Source: Cetorhinus maximus
Taxonomy: Eukaryota
Length of the DNA: 64,000 nt
NCBI RefSeq assembly: GCF_964194155.1
Contig: NC_135884.1
Span: 73,408,001-73,472,000, forward strand
Direction: 5' to 3'
Of the stretch, positions 36,391-48,217 are shown piece after piece. The notes beneath the pieces were generated by a model. That model worked only from the letters and a program-made list of their open reading frames with translations. It did not search any database and was not told the origin of the DNA. Both the position numbers and the translations under genes were made by a program. Position 1 is the stretch's first letter. Each line of letters begins with the position of its first letter.

Positions 36391-37175
36391 GTAAGAAACC
36401 TCGCCACATTCACTACATATGACAGTGAAAAGTGCTCACCTTTCTGATCTTTCACACCTTGGCCCTGAGGGGGGTTGGAGAGACACACTGTTGTAATCAG
36501 ATGTGATTTAAAAGCTAAAAATTTCTCACTAGATTTGATCAACATTATTTGCCCCTGTTGGAATCCTGGCACGTAGAATGTTACACAAGACTGGTTTTTC
36601 CTAAATTTCATTAACCCTAGTGCTATTCTGATCCTAAATCTCTTTCAGAATGGAGTGACTGTTGAATCTGTTAAGGGCTGGTTTATACCACAACAATACA
36701 TCAAAAGAACAGGAGGCCATTCAGCCCCTCCTCTGCTATTCATGGTTCATCTGCATCACAAGTCCATTTACTTCCTCTTCTCCATATCCCTTGAAACCTT
36801 TACCAAAATCTAGCCATCTCCATCTTGATACGGTCCAATTGAAAACCAGTGTCATCTAACTATCAAGTGGCAGCATGCAGTTCCCTGCAGAGCAAGTGTC
36901 TAACCTGGGGTTATCCATGAGGGGAGAGGGGTTGGCTGGTATTTGAAACAGGGAGGGAGAATTGGAGGTTAAGCCATTGCCTGACTGCTCTCCTGCTTAA
37001 TAAATGATTGGGTGACAATGGAAACCTGAAGAGGGAGTCGGTAGCACAAGGCAGAGAGGGACCTCCCATGCAGGGTATGTGACTGCTGGATGCTGATTGT
37101 GAATCTTGCTGTGTAAGGGCCCTATGTTGGAGCATGTAGCTGTAGTTGGCCTTTTTCACTGTTGTGTGTTTGCAG

Positions 37176-37318
37176 CTGGACCCCTCGCTCTGGCCCGTGA
37201 GCTGATCACCAGCAGCTCGGAACCTTTCTTTGTCCTAAACAGCGATGTCATCTGTGAGTTCCCCTTTGAAGAGATGGTCCGCTTTCACAAGCATCATGGA
37301 AAGGAGGGTACCATTGTG
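37176..37318 (+). CDS. GMPPB: GMPPB coding exon 4
   Basis: (A)[47 protein letters not shown]|GTAAGT, 143 nt. Confidence 0.96.
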
Positions 37319-37321
37319 GTA

Positions 37322-37690
37322 AGTGGCGAAATGGTGGTGTAGTGGGAATGTCACTGGACGAGTAATCCAGAGGCCCAGGCTAATGCTCTGGGGACATTGG
37401 TTCAAATCCCACCATGGCAACTGGTGGAATTTAAATTCAATTAATAAATCTGAATTATAAAGCTCGTCTCAGTAATGGTAACTCAGGTTGTTGTAAAAAC
37501 CCATTGGATTCACTAATGTCCTTTAGGGAAGGAATCTGCCACCCTTACCTACTCTGGCCTACATGTGACTCCAGATCCACAACAATGTGATTGACTCTTA
37601 AATGAAATAGCCTAGCAGGTCACTCAGTTCAAGGGCAATTAGGGAGGGGCAATATACTGGTCTTGCCAGTGCACCCACATCAAAAAAAAT
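37322..37690 (+). mobile_element. Full-length tRNA-derived SINE with family-B LINE tail
   Basis: A-box-like TGGTGTAGTGG, B box GGTTCAAATCC, tail CAAGGGCAATTAGGGA...CCCACAT plus A-tract. Confidence 0.85.
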
Positions 37691-37999
37691 TACCGTGCCT
37701 GTTAAAACAGCCTTTAGTTGCTCTTGTGACCACTGTAATGCCCATCAGTGAACGTGCCCTTTCGTATCACATGCTAAGTTAAAGCCTTGAGTTAAGGGTA
37801 TTTTTTCTCATCCAACAGCTGAGTGAAGCAGTGGGAACTGTCTGCTCAATGTCCCAAAAACTGAACAATGTTTCAACAGAGACTGAAAAGCAATAGTGTT
37901 TTTTAAAGGTTTCCCCCACCCCAGGCCCTCGTTACCGCTTCATGTCACCCTCCATGTGATAATAACTGATCCTCTTTAATAAGCCTATTTTTTTGACAG

Positions 38000-38158
38000 G
38001 TCACTCGAGTAGAGGAACCATCCAAATACGGGGTTGTGATATATGAAGCGGAGATCGGGCGGATACATCGATTTGTGGAAAAGCCTCAAGTGTTTGTGTC
38101 AAATAAGATCAATGCTGGCATGTATATCTTCAGCCCCACAGTCCTGAACAGGATCCAG
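38000..38158 (+). CDS. GMPPB: GMPPB coding exon 5
   Basis: [53 protein letters not shown]|GTATG, 159 nt, FVEKP motif. Confidence 0.96.
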
Positions 38159-38460
38159 GTATGATTCCCTTCACAGGAAAGCTGCTGCCTCTGAACCAGC
38201 AATGCATTTGCCAAGTGAGCAGGGAGACTTCAGGCTGATGGTCAAAGAGCAATTGAACCTAAGCTACCTTTTGTTCCCAGTCACTGATGAACATTATTTT
38301 TGTGTATGATAGACAGCACTTGGTGTGAATCACAGCCCTACTACCAGGCAGACTGGACAACAGGAGATCGTTTCACACATGTCAAAGTGAAGGATGTTAA
38401 TGCTTCAAAATGAAGAATCAAATCCTGTTATGTTAGATATAGTCACAGTGGAAGGTGGAA

Positions 38461-38670
38461 TAAAGCTCCCCCTACACTGTCCCCATCAAACACTCCCAGG
38501 GAAGGTACAGCACAGGGTTAGATACAGAATAAAGCTCCCTCTACACTGTCCCCATCAAACACTCCCAGGACAGGTACAGCACAGGGTTAGATACAGAGTA
38601 AAGCTCCCTCTACACTGTCCCCATCAAAAACTCCCAGGACAAGTACAGCACAGGGTTAGATAGAGAGTAA
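38461..38670. repeat. 69-bp tandem repeat x3 (TAAAGCTCCCTCTACACTGTCCCCATCAAACACTCCCAGGACAGGTACAGCACAGGGTTAGATACAGAG)
   Basis: Units start at 38461, 38530, 38599. Confidence 0.95.
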
Positions 38671-38994
38671 ATGACAAAGATGCCATGGATAAAAAGGCAA
38701 AGGGAGTGAGACTGATAACACAGAGACTACTGGTGTTGCAGTGCTGTACCTGAGTAAGAGTAAACTAGCAATCCCCCATCCTGTCAGTTTTGTGTAATGT
38801 GTGTGTGGCCAACTGAGGAAGGGTAAATTGTGGACAGATCCAGCACATTTGACAAGAGGGAGAGGGGAAGTGAACGTGGCCGAGTAACTAACCATTTAAT
38901 AGGACTGGGAGTCTGTGAACCTGCTGGTACTGTGTGAGCCAAGTTGTTGGGTCCTGTTTCTGGTGCTGACTGTGTGCCCTATGTCTCTCTGCAG

Positions 38995-39073
38995 CTCAGG
39001 CCCACCTCCATTGAGAAGGAAATTTTCCCCGTCATGGCACAGGAGGGACAGCTGTATGCCATGGAGCTGCAAG
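38995..39073 (+). CDS. GMPPB: GMPPB coding exon 6
   Basis: [26 protein letters not shown](G)|GTGAG, 79 nt. Confidence 0.96.
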
Positions 39074-39689
39074 GTGAGGCATGCACTCAGATCTGTGGCA
39101 GAGACTCCTTCTAAACCATGCAGTCTTTCAGCTTCAAGTTTGCTCACTGTGATGTTGAAATGATAACCCAACACCCTTTCTTCCCCATCACACCCAAGCA
39201 TGCCAGCTCTTTCTCACCCATATCTGCTGAAGCAGTGATCATTTAGATGAATGTCCACAAGGGCATTCCATTGTTCAGGAGCACACGCGCACACATATTG
39301 TAATTGGAAGCCACTGCAGAGCAATTGGGGGCAGGAAGGCCAGCTGGTTTTACCCAACTTTCCCAATTCTAGTGTCCACACTGCTGCCTGGAGTGAGATC
39401 AGTTTGTAAAGCACAGGCCTGTGATTGCTGTAACTTGTCTTCAGGCATGAAACCCCTCGAGTTCAAATTTCTGTCACTTCCTCTCTGCTGGGAGAATCTT
39501 TACAATGACTGCTGAGCTAGTGCAATTGTGGTTGGAGGGTCAGGGTGGAACAGCACATAATTAATTGTGTAAAACTTACTCATCTGGTGTTCTCTAGTTT
39601 CTTAAAGTCTGCATTAGTTGTACATTGCACAAGAGGCAGCTTTGAGGTGGGGTCTGCTCCTGAGGAAGGTCCCGCCCATGGGGAACATA

Positions 39690-40460
39690 CAGAAAAATGA
39701 TTTCCTCTAGGGGGAATGCGGAACAAATTGGCATCATGTGAAAGTGATAGCTGGCTCATGTAGGAGTGAAATCAGGAAGTGTAATGGAAATCAGGAACTC
39801 TTTCCTCCAAAAAGCTGTGGGGTTAACTGGAGCTTTCAATTCCCATACTGATCAGCTTTTGTTTGTAAGGACATGAAGGGATATGAAACAACAGTGGATA
39901 GATATTGTTCAGGTACAGATCAGCCATGATCCAGCTGAAAGGAAAACAAGGTTATGTTAAACCTTCCTAATCACTGGTATTGTGGCCAGTTCTGAACATT
40001 GCACTTGAGGAAGGATGGATCAGGCCTTGATGAGGATGCAGTGGAGATTTACTGTGGAGAGGCTGGAGGACTGAGCTTTTCCTCCATAAAGCAGGGAAGG
40101 CTAAGGGGGAGATTTGATAGAGGTTTTCAAAATCATGAAGGATACTTACAAGGTAAAAAGGGTGAAACTGTTTCCATTAGCAGGAGGGTCAGTAATCAGA
40201 AGATACAAATTTAAGATAATTTGCAGAAAAACTGGGGAGATGAGAATCTTTTTCACTCTAGTGAGTTGTCACGATCTAGAATGTGCTGCCTTGAAAGGGC
40301 AGTGGAAGCAAATTCAATTATAACTTAAAAAGGAATTGGATAAATACTTGATAATAAAAATTTGCAGCCAGGAAAGGCCAGGGAATGATACTAATTGGAT
40401 AGAGCTGGCACAGGCATGATAGATTGAATGGTCTCACCCTGTTCCTGTGTTCCCAAAGAT
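39690..40460 (+). mobile_element. Two old CR1 3' fragments
   Basis: GGAAATC.GGAACTCT, CAGATCAGCCATGATC, LIEVFKIMK-like frame. Confidence 0.7.
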
Positions 40461-40616
40461 GATGATTTCTGGAGCCCTAGGCAGTGTGGAGAATTACTGC
40501 TGATCTCAGTCAGAGGGTCTGATTGTGTCCAGGATTGAAATCAGCTGAGGGACCTCAGGAATTGTGGGTTGTCATAAACCTCTGGCAAATGATGCAATTG
40601 TTTACTTTGTGTGCAG

Positions 40617-40744
40617 GGTTCTGGATGGACATAGGGCAGCCCAAAGATTTCCTGACAGGGATGTGCATGTACCTGCAGTCCCTTCGACACAAAGCACCGG
40701 ACAGACTGCACCAAGGGCCTGGCATTGTTGGAAATGTCCTGGTG
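40617..40744 (+). CDS. GMPPB: GMPPB coding exon 7
   Basis: (G)[42 protein letters not shown]|GTAAGT, 128 nt. Confidence 0.96.
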
Positions 40745-41204
40745 GTAAGTCTGTGTGTGTGTTGGAGAGCATTGCGCCCGGTCTCCATTTATACCATCAT
40801 CTCACTCCACTGAGCTCTTCATCCTGGTTAATTTGGCTAGGCACTGCTGTTCTGGAAGCCTGTGACTGCCGCTAACTTCCAACCAATAATTACACCATCT
40901 GCTCAATTCTCAGCGATATACAATGTCACACATTTACTCAGCTTTGGGTCAGTTGTTGCCACTGGATAGAATGTTAGACCTTGTGGTCTGTCCCACCACT
41001 GAAACTGTCACAATTAGTCAGAGTATTTCACCAACTCCCCTGATTGTCGATCTAAAGCCTCCGTCCTCCCCACTGAGCTTGGCAACAATCCTCTGAGGAG
41101 CAGTGGGGCACCTGGTCTGCATCAGTTTGTTCAGTGGACCTGGAAATGGCAGCTGAAAGAATTGGGTAGATTGAAGTTGGGCTTACTGCTGACTGGAGTG
41201 ACAT

Positions 41205-42190
41205 TTTTTATTCATTCGTGGGATGTGGACGTTGCTGACAAGACCAGCTTTTATTGCCCATCCCTAGTTGCCCTTGAGGTGGTGGTGGTGAGCTGCCTCC
41301 TTGAACTGTTGCAGTCCCTGTAGTGTAGGTACACCCATAGTGCTGTTAGGGAGGGAGTTCCAGGGTTTTAACCCGGTGACAGTGAAGGAACTGCAGTCCC
41401 TGTAGTGTAGGTACACCCACAGTGCTGTTAGGGAGGGAGTTCCAGGGTTTTAACCCAGTGACAGTGAAGGAACGGTGATATATTTCCAAGTCAGGATGGT
41501 GAGTGGCTTGGAGGGGAACTTCCAGGTGGTGATGTTCCCATCTATCTGCTGCCTTTGTCCTTCTAGATGGTAGTGGTCGTGGGTTTGGAAGGTGCTGTCT
41601 AAGGCACCTTGGTGAATTCCTGCAGTACATCTTGTAGATGGTACACACTGCTGCTACTGTGCGTCGGTGGTGGAGGGAGTGAAGGTTTGTGGATGTGGTG
41701 CCAATCAAGCGGCTGCTTTGTCCTGGACGGTGTCAAGCTTCTCGAGTATTGTGGGGTCAGGAGGTGAGTTACTCACCGCAGGATTCCAAGTCTCTGACCT
41801 GCTCTTGTAGACACAGTATTTATATGGCTAGTTCAGTTCAATTTCTGGTCAATGGTAACCCCCAGGATGTTGATAGTGGGGGATTCAGCAATGGTAGTAC
41901 CATTGAATGTCATGGGGCGATGGTTAGATTCTCTCTTGTTGGAGACGGTCATTGACTGGCATTTGTGTGGCATGAATGTTACTTGCCACTTGTCAGCCCA
42001 AGCCTGGATATTGTCCAGGTCTTGCTGCATTTGGACATGGACTGCTTAAGTATCTGAGGAGTCGCGAATGGTGCTGAACATTGTACAATCATCAGCGAAC
42101 ATCCCCACTTACGACTTTATGATGGAAGGAAGGTCATTGGTGAAGCAGCTGAAGATGGTTGGGCTGAGGAACTCCTGCAGTGATGTATTA
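41205..42190 (-). mobile_element. CR1-group LINE family B with an internal ~82-bp tandem duplication (41311-41473)
   Basis: Reverse complement of 21640-22590; MQQDLDNIQAWADKWQV. Confidence 0.9.
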
Positions 42191-43204
42191 GGAGTCAGAG
42201 GCACTGGAACAATCTTAATGGTAGCAATCTCCCTCGGCTTTTCATTATATCAATAGGAACTACTGTCATTGGAGAATGCAGCTCCCAAACTGCTTGACAC
42301 CCAAAGTCATGTAACTGTTGTGATGGACCTTGTTAAAGGTTTCTTTCGTACCACAGCATACTGCTAGTGGAATAAATTGGTTGGAATTTGGGTTATTCTG
42401 TGTAATCAGTCAGGAAACCCCAAACCTTTTATATTCTGAACACAACTTCAGATCAATTCATCTTGGCCAAGTGGATCTTCCTCTGTAACTGTGCCTGGTG
42501 AATAAATCTCTCAAACCATGTTCCAGCCTGGGTCTGCTTGGAAATACCACTGTTGATGGAATGCTGAGCATTTGTATAAATTGTTGGTCTTGATATGTTT
42601 TACGTTTGTAGGCTGGATTGTTAGGAAGTGGCGAATTGTCCATTTTCTCCCAGCAGGTGGCAGTGATTGGCCAGTGAGTGATGTTGGTGGTGCAGCCTGG
42701 AAGCAGCAGTGTCCCTCTCTCTCGTCGCTAAGGCCTCTAGTTTAAAATCCAATTCTGTTCCGCCCATGTAACATTCTGGGAATTTTTTTACCTGGGATTT
42801 TGGGAACCAAAACCTGAATTTTTTTTGTAATGAAAATTGTAAAACAAAGAATCGAGATTGCAATTGGATCATTGGATGTTACTGCATTCCAGTGGTTAAG
42901 ATTTTGGTGTGTTTATAATAGGCTAGCAGTAAGAGAGTGATTGCTGCAGCTCAGTGTAACCCAAGTCCAGTGAAACTCCAGTCTCCCTGAGCTGCCTAGT
43001 TTTGTAAATAAAAGCACACAGTCACTGTGATACTGCAATATGTTCAAACATCAGTAAAAAGCATTTCAAAAGTGAACCATAATTCAGTCTAAATTCTGGT
43101 TTTAATTCAGGGTTTCTAGTTCTGTTCACATACTGCTGCCCTTATGCCCTCTGCTTTCCTTTTTATCTGTCTGGATTTCATCCTGTATTAACTTGAACTT
43201 GACC

Positions 43205-43785
43205 CTTTTTTAATTCATTCTTGAGATATGGGTGTCGCTGGCAAGGCCAGCATTTATTGACCATCCCTAACTGCCCTGGAGAAAGTGGTGGTGAGCTGCC
43301 TTGAATACAACTGAATGGTTTGCTAGGTTGTTTCGGAGGACAGTTATGGATCAACCACATCGCTGTTGGTCTGGAGTCATGTGTAGGTCAGACTAAGAAA
43401 GAATGGCAGAATTTGTCCCCCAAAGCATTTTTACAACAATCTGGTAGTTCATACCTTCCATCCTATATTTTCTAATCTTGATATCTCCACATTTTGGAAA
43501 AGGAGACAAATTTTAAAATGTTTAGAAAGCCTGCCTTTAAACCAATCAAAAAGTCACTTCTGGGAATGTGGGAGTTGCTGGACAAGTTGGCATTTATTGG
43601 CCATCTCTAGTTGCCACAACTGAGTGGCTGATTGGTGCATTTGAGAGTCAACCATATTAGTGTGAAACTGGAATCGTATATAGGTCTGACTGGATAAAGA
43701 TGGCAGATTTCCTTCCCTAAAGGACATTAATGAAATCAGTTGGGTTTTTCTGCTAATCCGACAGCTCCATTGTCACCACTCATTG
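43205..43785 (-). mobile_element. Two partial tRNA-derived SINE copies
   Basis: Inverted tails and the GGTCTGGAGTCA / TTTCCTTCCCTAAAGGACATTA blocks of the 37.3 kb SINE family. Confidence 0.7.
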
Positions 43786-44441
43786 AATTGCTGTGTTAAA
43801 ATAGGCAAGGAGGTCCTGTTATGGCTCCTATCATGGGGGTGGGGTGAGATATGGGGGATCCCAAGGTGCTCCCTCCCCTTCTAATGCTGAAAGTCCTTGT
43901 TCACTTTTAAACACAGTGGCATGTGTACTTCTCCAAGTGAGGGCACTCACAGTAAAGGCAGCAAGTGTGAGTCAGTGCTGTGGGAATGAGACAAAGCATG
44001 AGGACTGGAGAATGAGCCTTTTGAAAATATTGTCTGCTTGCACTGAGTCAGGTGCTGGGGAAACTTTCCAAACATCCAGCATCGGAACTGAGCACACCCC
44101 AGACAAGATAGCACACAGCCAGAGGCCGCTTAAATCTCCCTCCCCTAATAACTGCAGAATGCCATCTTTATCTACACCCAGCACCAGACTGCTTAGTCCT
44201 GTCTGAGTGACATTGCCAATTGGAGTTAATTTACAGGGTGAAGCACAATGGGAATAGGATTGCCACTGGCGAAAGACTTGACAAGAGACTTCCGTCCATC
44301 TGCCTGGGCCAGGTGTGGAGGATTGGCATCTAGCCCTCAGTTTGATACTCTCTGTGTTTCAGCCCACACATTCATTTTGCTGTGTTGGACTCGCCTCCCA
44401 TAGACTGAGACTCACTGTTAATTGGTCATTCTCTCTACTAG

Positions 44442-44624
44442 GACCCAAGCGCCCAGATTGGAGAGAAATGCTACATTGGACCAAATGTGACAATTGGCCC
44501 TGGAGTGGTGATTGAGGATGGGGTACGGATAAAGCGCTGCACAGTCCTGAAGGGCTCACGGATACGCTCGCACTCCTGGCTGGAGTCCTGCATCATTGGC
44601 TGGAGCTCCGACGTAGGGCAGTGG
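44442..44624 (+). CDS. GMPPB: GMPPB coding exon 8 (left-handed beta-helix hexapeptide repeats)
   Basis: TAG|[61 protein letters not shown]|GTGAGT, 183 nt. Confidence 0.96.
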
Positions 44625-45139
44625 GTGAGTGAATGAGTGTGTGGTGGGGCGGGGTGTGTGAATGAGAATGAGAACAGTCAGTAGTTGAGGAAGGGTGGTG
44701 GCAGTATTGGGGAGTGAGGGAAGGTGATGAGGTTGGAACGACAGAGGACGGTGGGGCATCTTTTATTGTCATCGTGGTTCCCTGACTGTACTCGTGCGAA
44801 TGCATCTCACGGACAGTATCTCGACTTTTCAGCCCTCTAGCTACTATTGGCATGTGACACTAAGCTCCCAGTCTTCAGCTTATGCTGCTCAGTAATGACT
44901 GGTTGGCAGATTAGGGACAGTGAGCAGTGTTGCTCAGCTCCCCGGAGCTGGCAGTGGATTAATTGTAGGTTCACGGATTCGACATATCGGTGGAGAATTC
45001 GATCAACCCTGCGCCTATTTTCTGGGTGAAAATGGGAGCAAAATGATCCAATATCACAGGCTCGTGTCCCTTACCCAAAAGCATCTCAAATATGTCCAAA
45101 ATTATAGGAGCTACCTTATGTTCGTGTGGACCTGTCATG

Positions 45140-47180
45140 TGAACACATGGCCATTTATCCCTTCAAACCTATTCCACCATTCAGTAAGGGTGCGGCTGGT
45201 CTGTGTAAAGGATATGGGGCTTTTTAAAGTTTTTTTTTGGTGGGGGGGATCTTTGCTCTAACAAAAATCTACCAGTCGGTCACACATCAGTTAATTTGTG
45301 GAAGAGTTCCAATTTTCTAACACCATTTATGTTAACCCAGCATTTCGTCAATTCTGAAAAGTCTGCCTCTAATTTTTAGTCCTAGACTCTCCTATCAGTG
45401 GGAATAGTTTCTCTCTGTCCACCCCTTTAATATCTTGAAAGTTTTATCGAATTACACCCCAGTTTGTGTAATCGTTCCTTGTAATTTAACCCTTGCAGTT
45501 CAAGTATAATTCTGGTAAAACCTACATTGCACCTCAAGGTCAATATATTGTTCCTAGTGCCCATAACTGTTCTCAGTAACTCCAGGGGCAACATTTTCCC
45601 CCCCATCGGGGGGGGGATGTGCGGGAGTGGGCATGGGCGGGTTCCCGATCGGCGCCCCTGGTTGGAGTCGTGCCATTTTATGTGGGCGGGCCAATTAGGG
45701 CCCTCCCAGCATGATGTCCGCTCAGAAGCGCTATGCCCTCCCCGTACAGGCAGGGGGTTGGGATTCCCTGAGCCGGGAGTGTGCACTTTCGCGCATGCGC
45801 ACGATAGAGTGCACAGATCTTCCTGAGGCAAAGTGCTGTCTCAGGGACATCGCTGGAAGTTTTAAAAATTTGTGGAAAAAAAATTCCTGACATGTCACAT
45901 GAACTGGGACATGTCAATTTCTTTTATATCAACGTTTCATAAACATTTTAGAGCCCTCACGAAACCTCATCCCGCTTGTGGATGAGGTTTCATGTTTTTT
46001 CTAAAGGCTCCCTGGCCTCCTCGCCTGTCCGCCAACTTTAAGGTTGGACAGGCAGGCCCTTTAATTTGCCTAATTACTTTTTTAAAGGCCTTAAGTGGCC
46101 ATTGACAGTTCGGCAGGCGCGCAGCTGACTCGGTTGTGTGCCCGCCAAACTGAAAATCTAAATGAGGTGGGGTGACATCGGGGGACACGCCCGATATCAC
46201 CCCGCGTCATTTTACCCATTGGCGACTTGAAGATGCAGCCCCAGGTGTGGTCTAACCAGGGCTTTGTATATCTGAAGCATGACTTCTATGCTCCTGTATT
46301 CTTGTCCTCTAGATATAATTCATTTGCCTTTTTGATTATTTTCTGTACCTATTCAGGACATTTTAATTTGTGTGCCTGGACCTCCCAAGTCATTTTGAAC
46401 CTTCACTGTTTCTGGCTTTTCACCATTTAGAAAGTGTTCTGTTCTATCCATTTTAGGTCCAAATTGGATAACTTCACATTTGCCCACATTGAAATCTGTT
46501 GTCCATGGTTTTGCCCATTCACTTAATCTATTAATATCTTTGTAATTTTTATGCTTCCACCCGCACTGCTTACAATACCACCTAGTTTGTGTCATTAGCA
46601 AATTTGGATATGTGGCTCTCTATCCCATGGCTTAAGTTGTTAATAAATGTGGTGTATAGGTGAATCCCCAACACATCCTGAAGGGGACACCATGAGTGAC
46701 ATCCTGCCAATTAGAGTACCTCTGTCCATTGTTCCTACTTTGTCTCCTGTTGCTCAGCCAATATCGGGTCAATAATTTGCCTTCGATACCATGAGCTTCT
46801 TTAGCTAGTCGTCTCCCATGAGGGACTTCATCACATTCTTTCTGGAGGTCTATATAAATAATATCCATAGACATTGCCCCGTCCACTACATTAGTCACCT
46901 CTTAAAAAAATTCAATCAGATTCCATGCTGTATCTCTCTGATCAGCTGAAAATGTTCAAGGTGTTCAGTCCCCCTATCTTTAATTATAGACTCCAGTAAT
47001 TTCCTAACAATGCAGGAGACCTATAGTTCCTTAGTTTCTGTTTGTCATCTTTCTCAAATAGCGAGTGATCTACACAAGTTTCCAGTCTAAAGGAAAGGTT
47101 CCTGAATTGAGATGTTTGGAAGATTATAGTGAAGGTATCTGCCTTGTTCTCACCTCCTTCCTTTAAAAGCCTGAGATGAA
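45140..47180 (-). mobile_element. CR1 fragment interrupted by a non-autonomous DNA transposon
   Basis: CR1 RT and 3' sequence on the minus strand; contiguous once 45586-46244 is removed. Confidence 0.8.
45586..46241. mobile_element. 656-bp GC-rich non-autonomous DNA transposon, PIF/Harbinger-like
   Basis: Imperfect TIRs GGGCAACATTTTC / GAAGATGCAGCCC. 3-bp TSD CAG at 45583-45585 and 46242-46244. Removal restores the CR1 sequence CTCCAGGTGTGGTCTAACC. Confidence 0.75.
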
Positions 47181-47189
47181 AACATAAAA

Positions 47190-48030
47190 TTACAGAAGTA
47201 TTATTAAGTGAATGGGCAAAACTGGCAAATGAATTTGTGTAGGCAAATGCGAGGTCATTCATTTTGGACCTAAAATGGATAAAACAGAGTATTTTCTAAA
47301 TGGTGAAAAGCCAGAAACAGTGGAGGTCCAAAGAGCCTTGCTGGGTGGGGGGGGTGTCCGGGTACACGGATCATTAAAATGTCCTGAATAGGTACAGAAA
47401 GTGATCAAAAAGGCAAATGGAATGTTGGCCTTTATATCTAGAGGAAAGAATACAGGAGGGTAGAAGTCATTCTTCAATTCTTCAGCTTTACAAAGTCCTG
47501 GTTAGGCCACACCTGGAGTTACTGAGAGCAGTCCTGGGCACCACACCTCAGGAAAGATATACTGTCCGTGGAGGCAGTGCATATTTACTAGAATCATACA
47601 TGCACTTTGAGGATTAAATTACTAGGAGAAAATTACACAAACTATGTTTGTATTCTATGGAACTTAGAAGGTTGAGGGGTGATTGATCGAAGTTTTCAAG
47701 ATATTAAGGGAAACTGTTGAAGTAAATAGAGAGAAACTATTTCTACTGGCTGGGGAGTTCTGGACTAGGAGGAGGCCTTGTTTAAAAATTAGAGCGAGAT
47801 ATTTCAGGAGTGAGATAGGGAAATGTGCAAAGTTTGGAACTCTTTCCACAAACAACAGTTGATGCTGGATCAATTGTTAATTTAAAGTCTTATTACTTTT
47901 GATTAACAAGTCTGTAAAGGGGTTTAGGACAAAGGTGGTTATATGGAGTTAGGTTGCAGATCAGACATGATCTCATTGAAAGATGGAACAGATTTGAGGG
48001 GCTAAATGGCCTCCTCCTGTTCCTAAATAG
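47190..48030 (+). mobile_element. CR1 3' fragment, inverted relative to 45140-46540
   Basis: LQLYKVLVRPHLE; 3' end GGGCTAAATGGCCTCCTCCTGTTCCTA. Confidence 0.85.
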
Positions 48031-48085
48031 TGAGATACGAGCTTATTGTTGATGTCTGGGATGATTGTTTTCTGTTTGTTTCCAG

Positions 48086-48217
48086 GTGAGGATGGAGAAT
48101 GTTGCAGTCCTGGGAGAGGATGTGATTGTGAAAGATGAGCTGTACTTGAATGGGGCCAATGTCCTACCTCATAAATCTATCGCTGACTCTGTGCCTGAAC
48201 CTAAGATAATCATGTAG
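48086..48217 (+). CDS. GMPPB: GMPPB last coding exon
   Basis: CAG|[43 protein letters not shown]. The nine exons sum to 1083 nt = 360 aa plus stop, the usual GMPPB length. Confidence 0.96.
   Translation: MRMENVAVLGEDVIVKDELYLNGANVLPHKSIADSVPEPKIIM

Noticed and set aside
37330-37415. tRNA gene
   Set aside because: The A and B boxes belong to a SINE head that continues into a SINE body and LINE-like tail.
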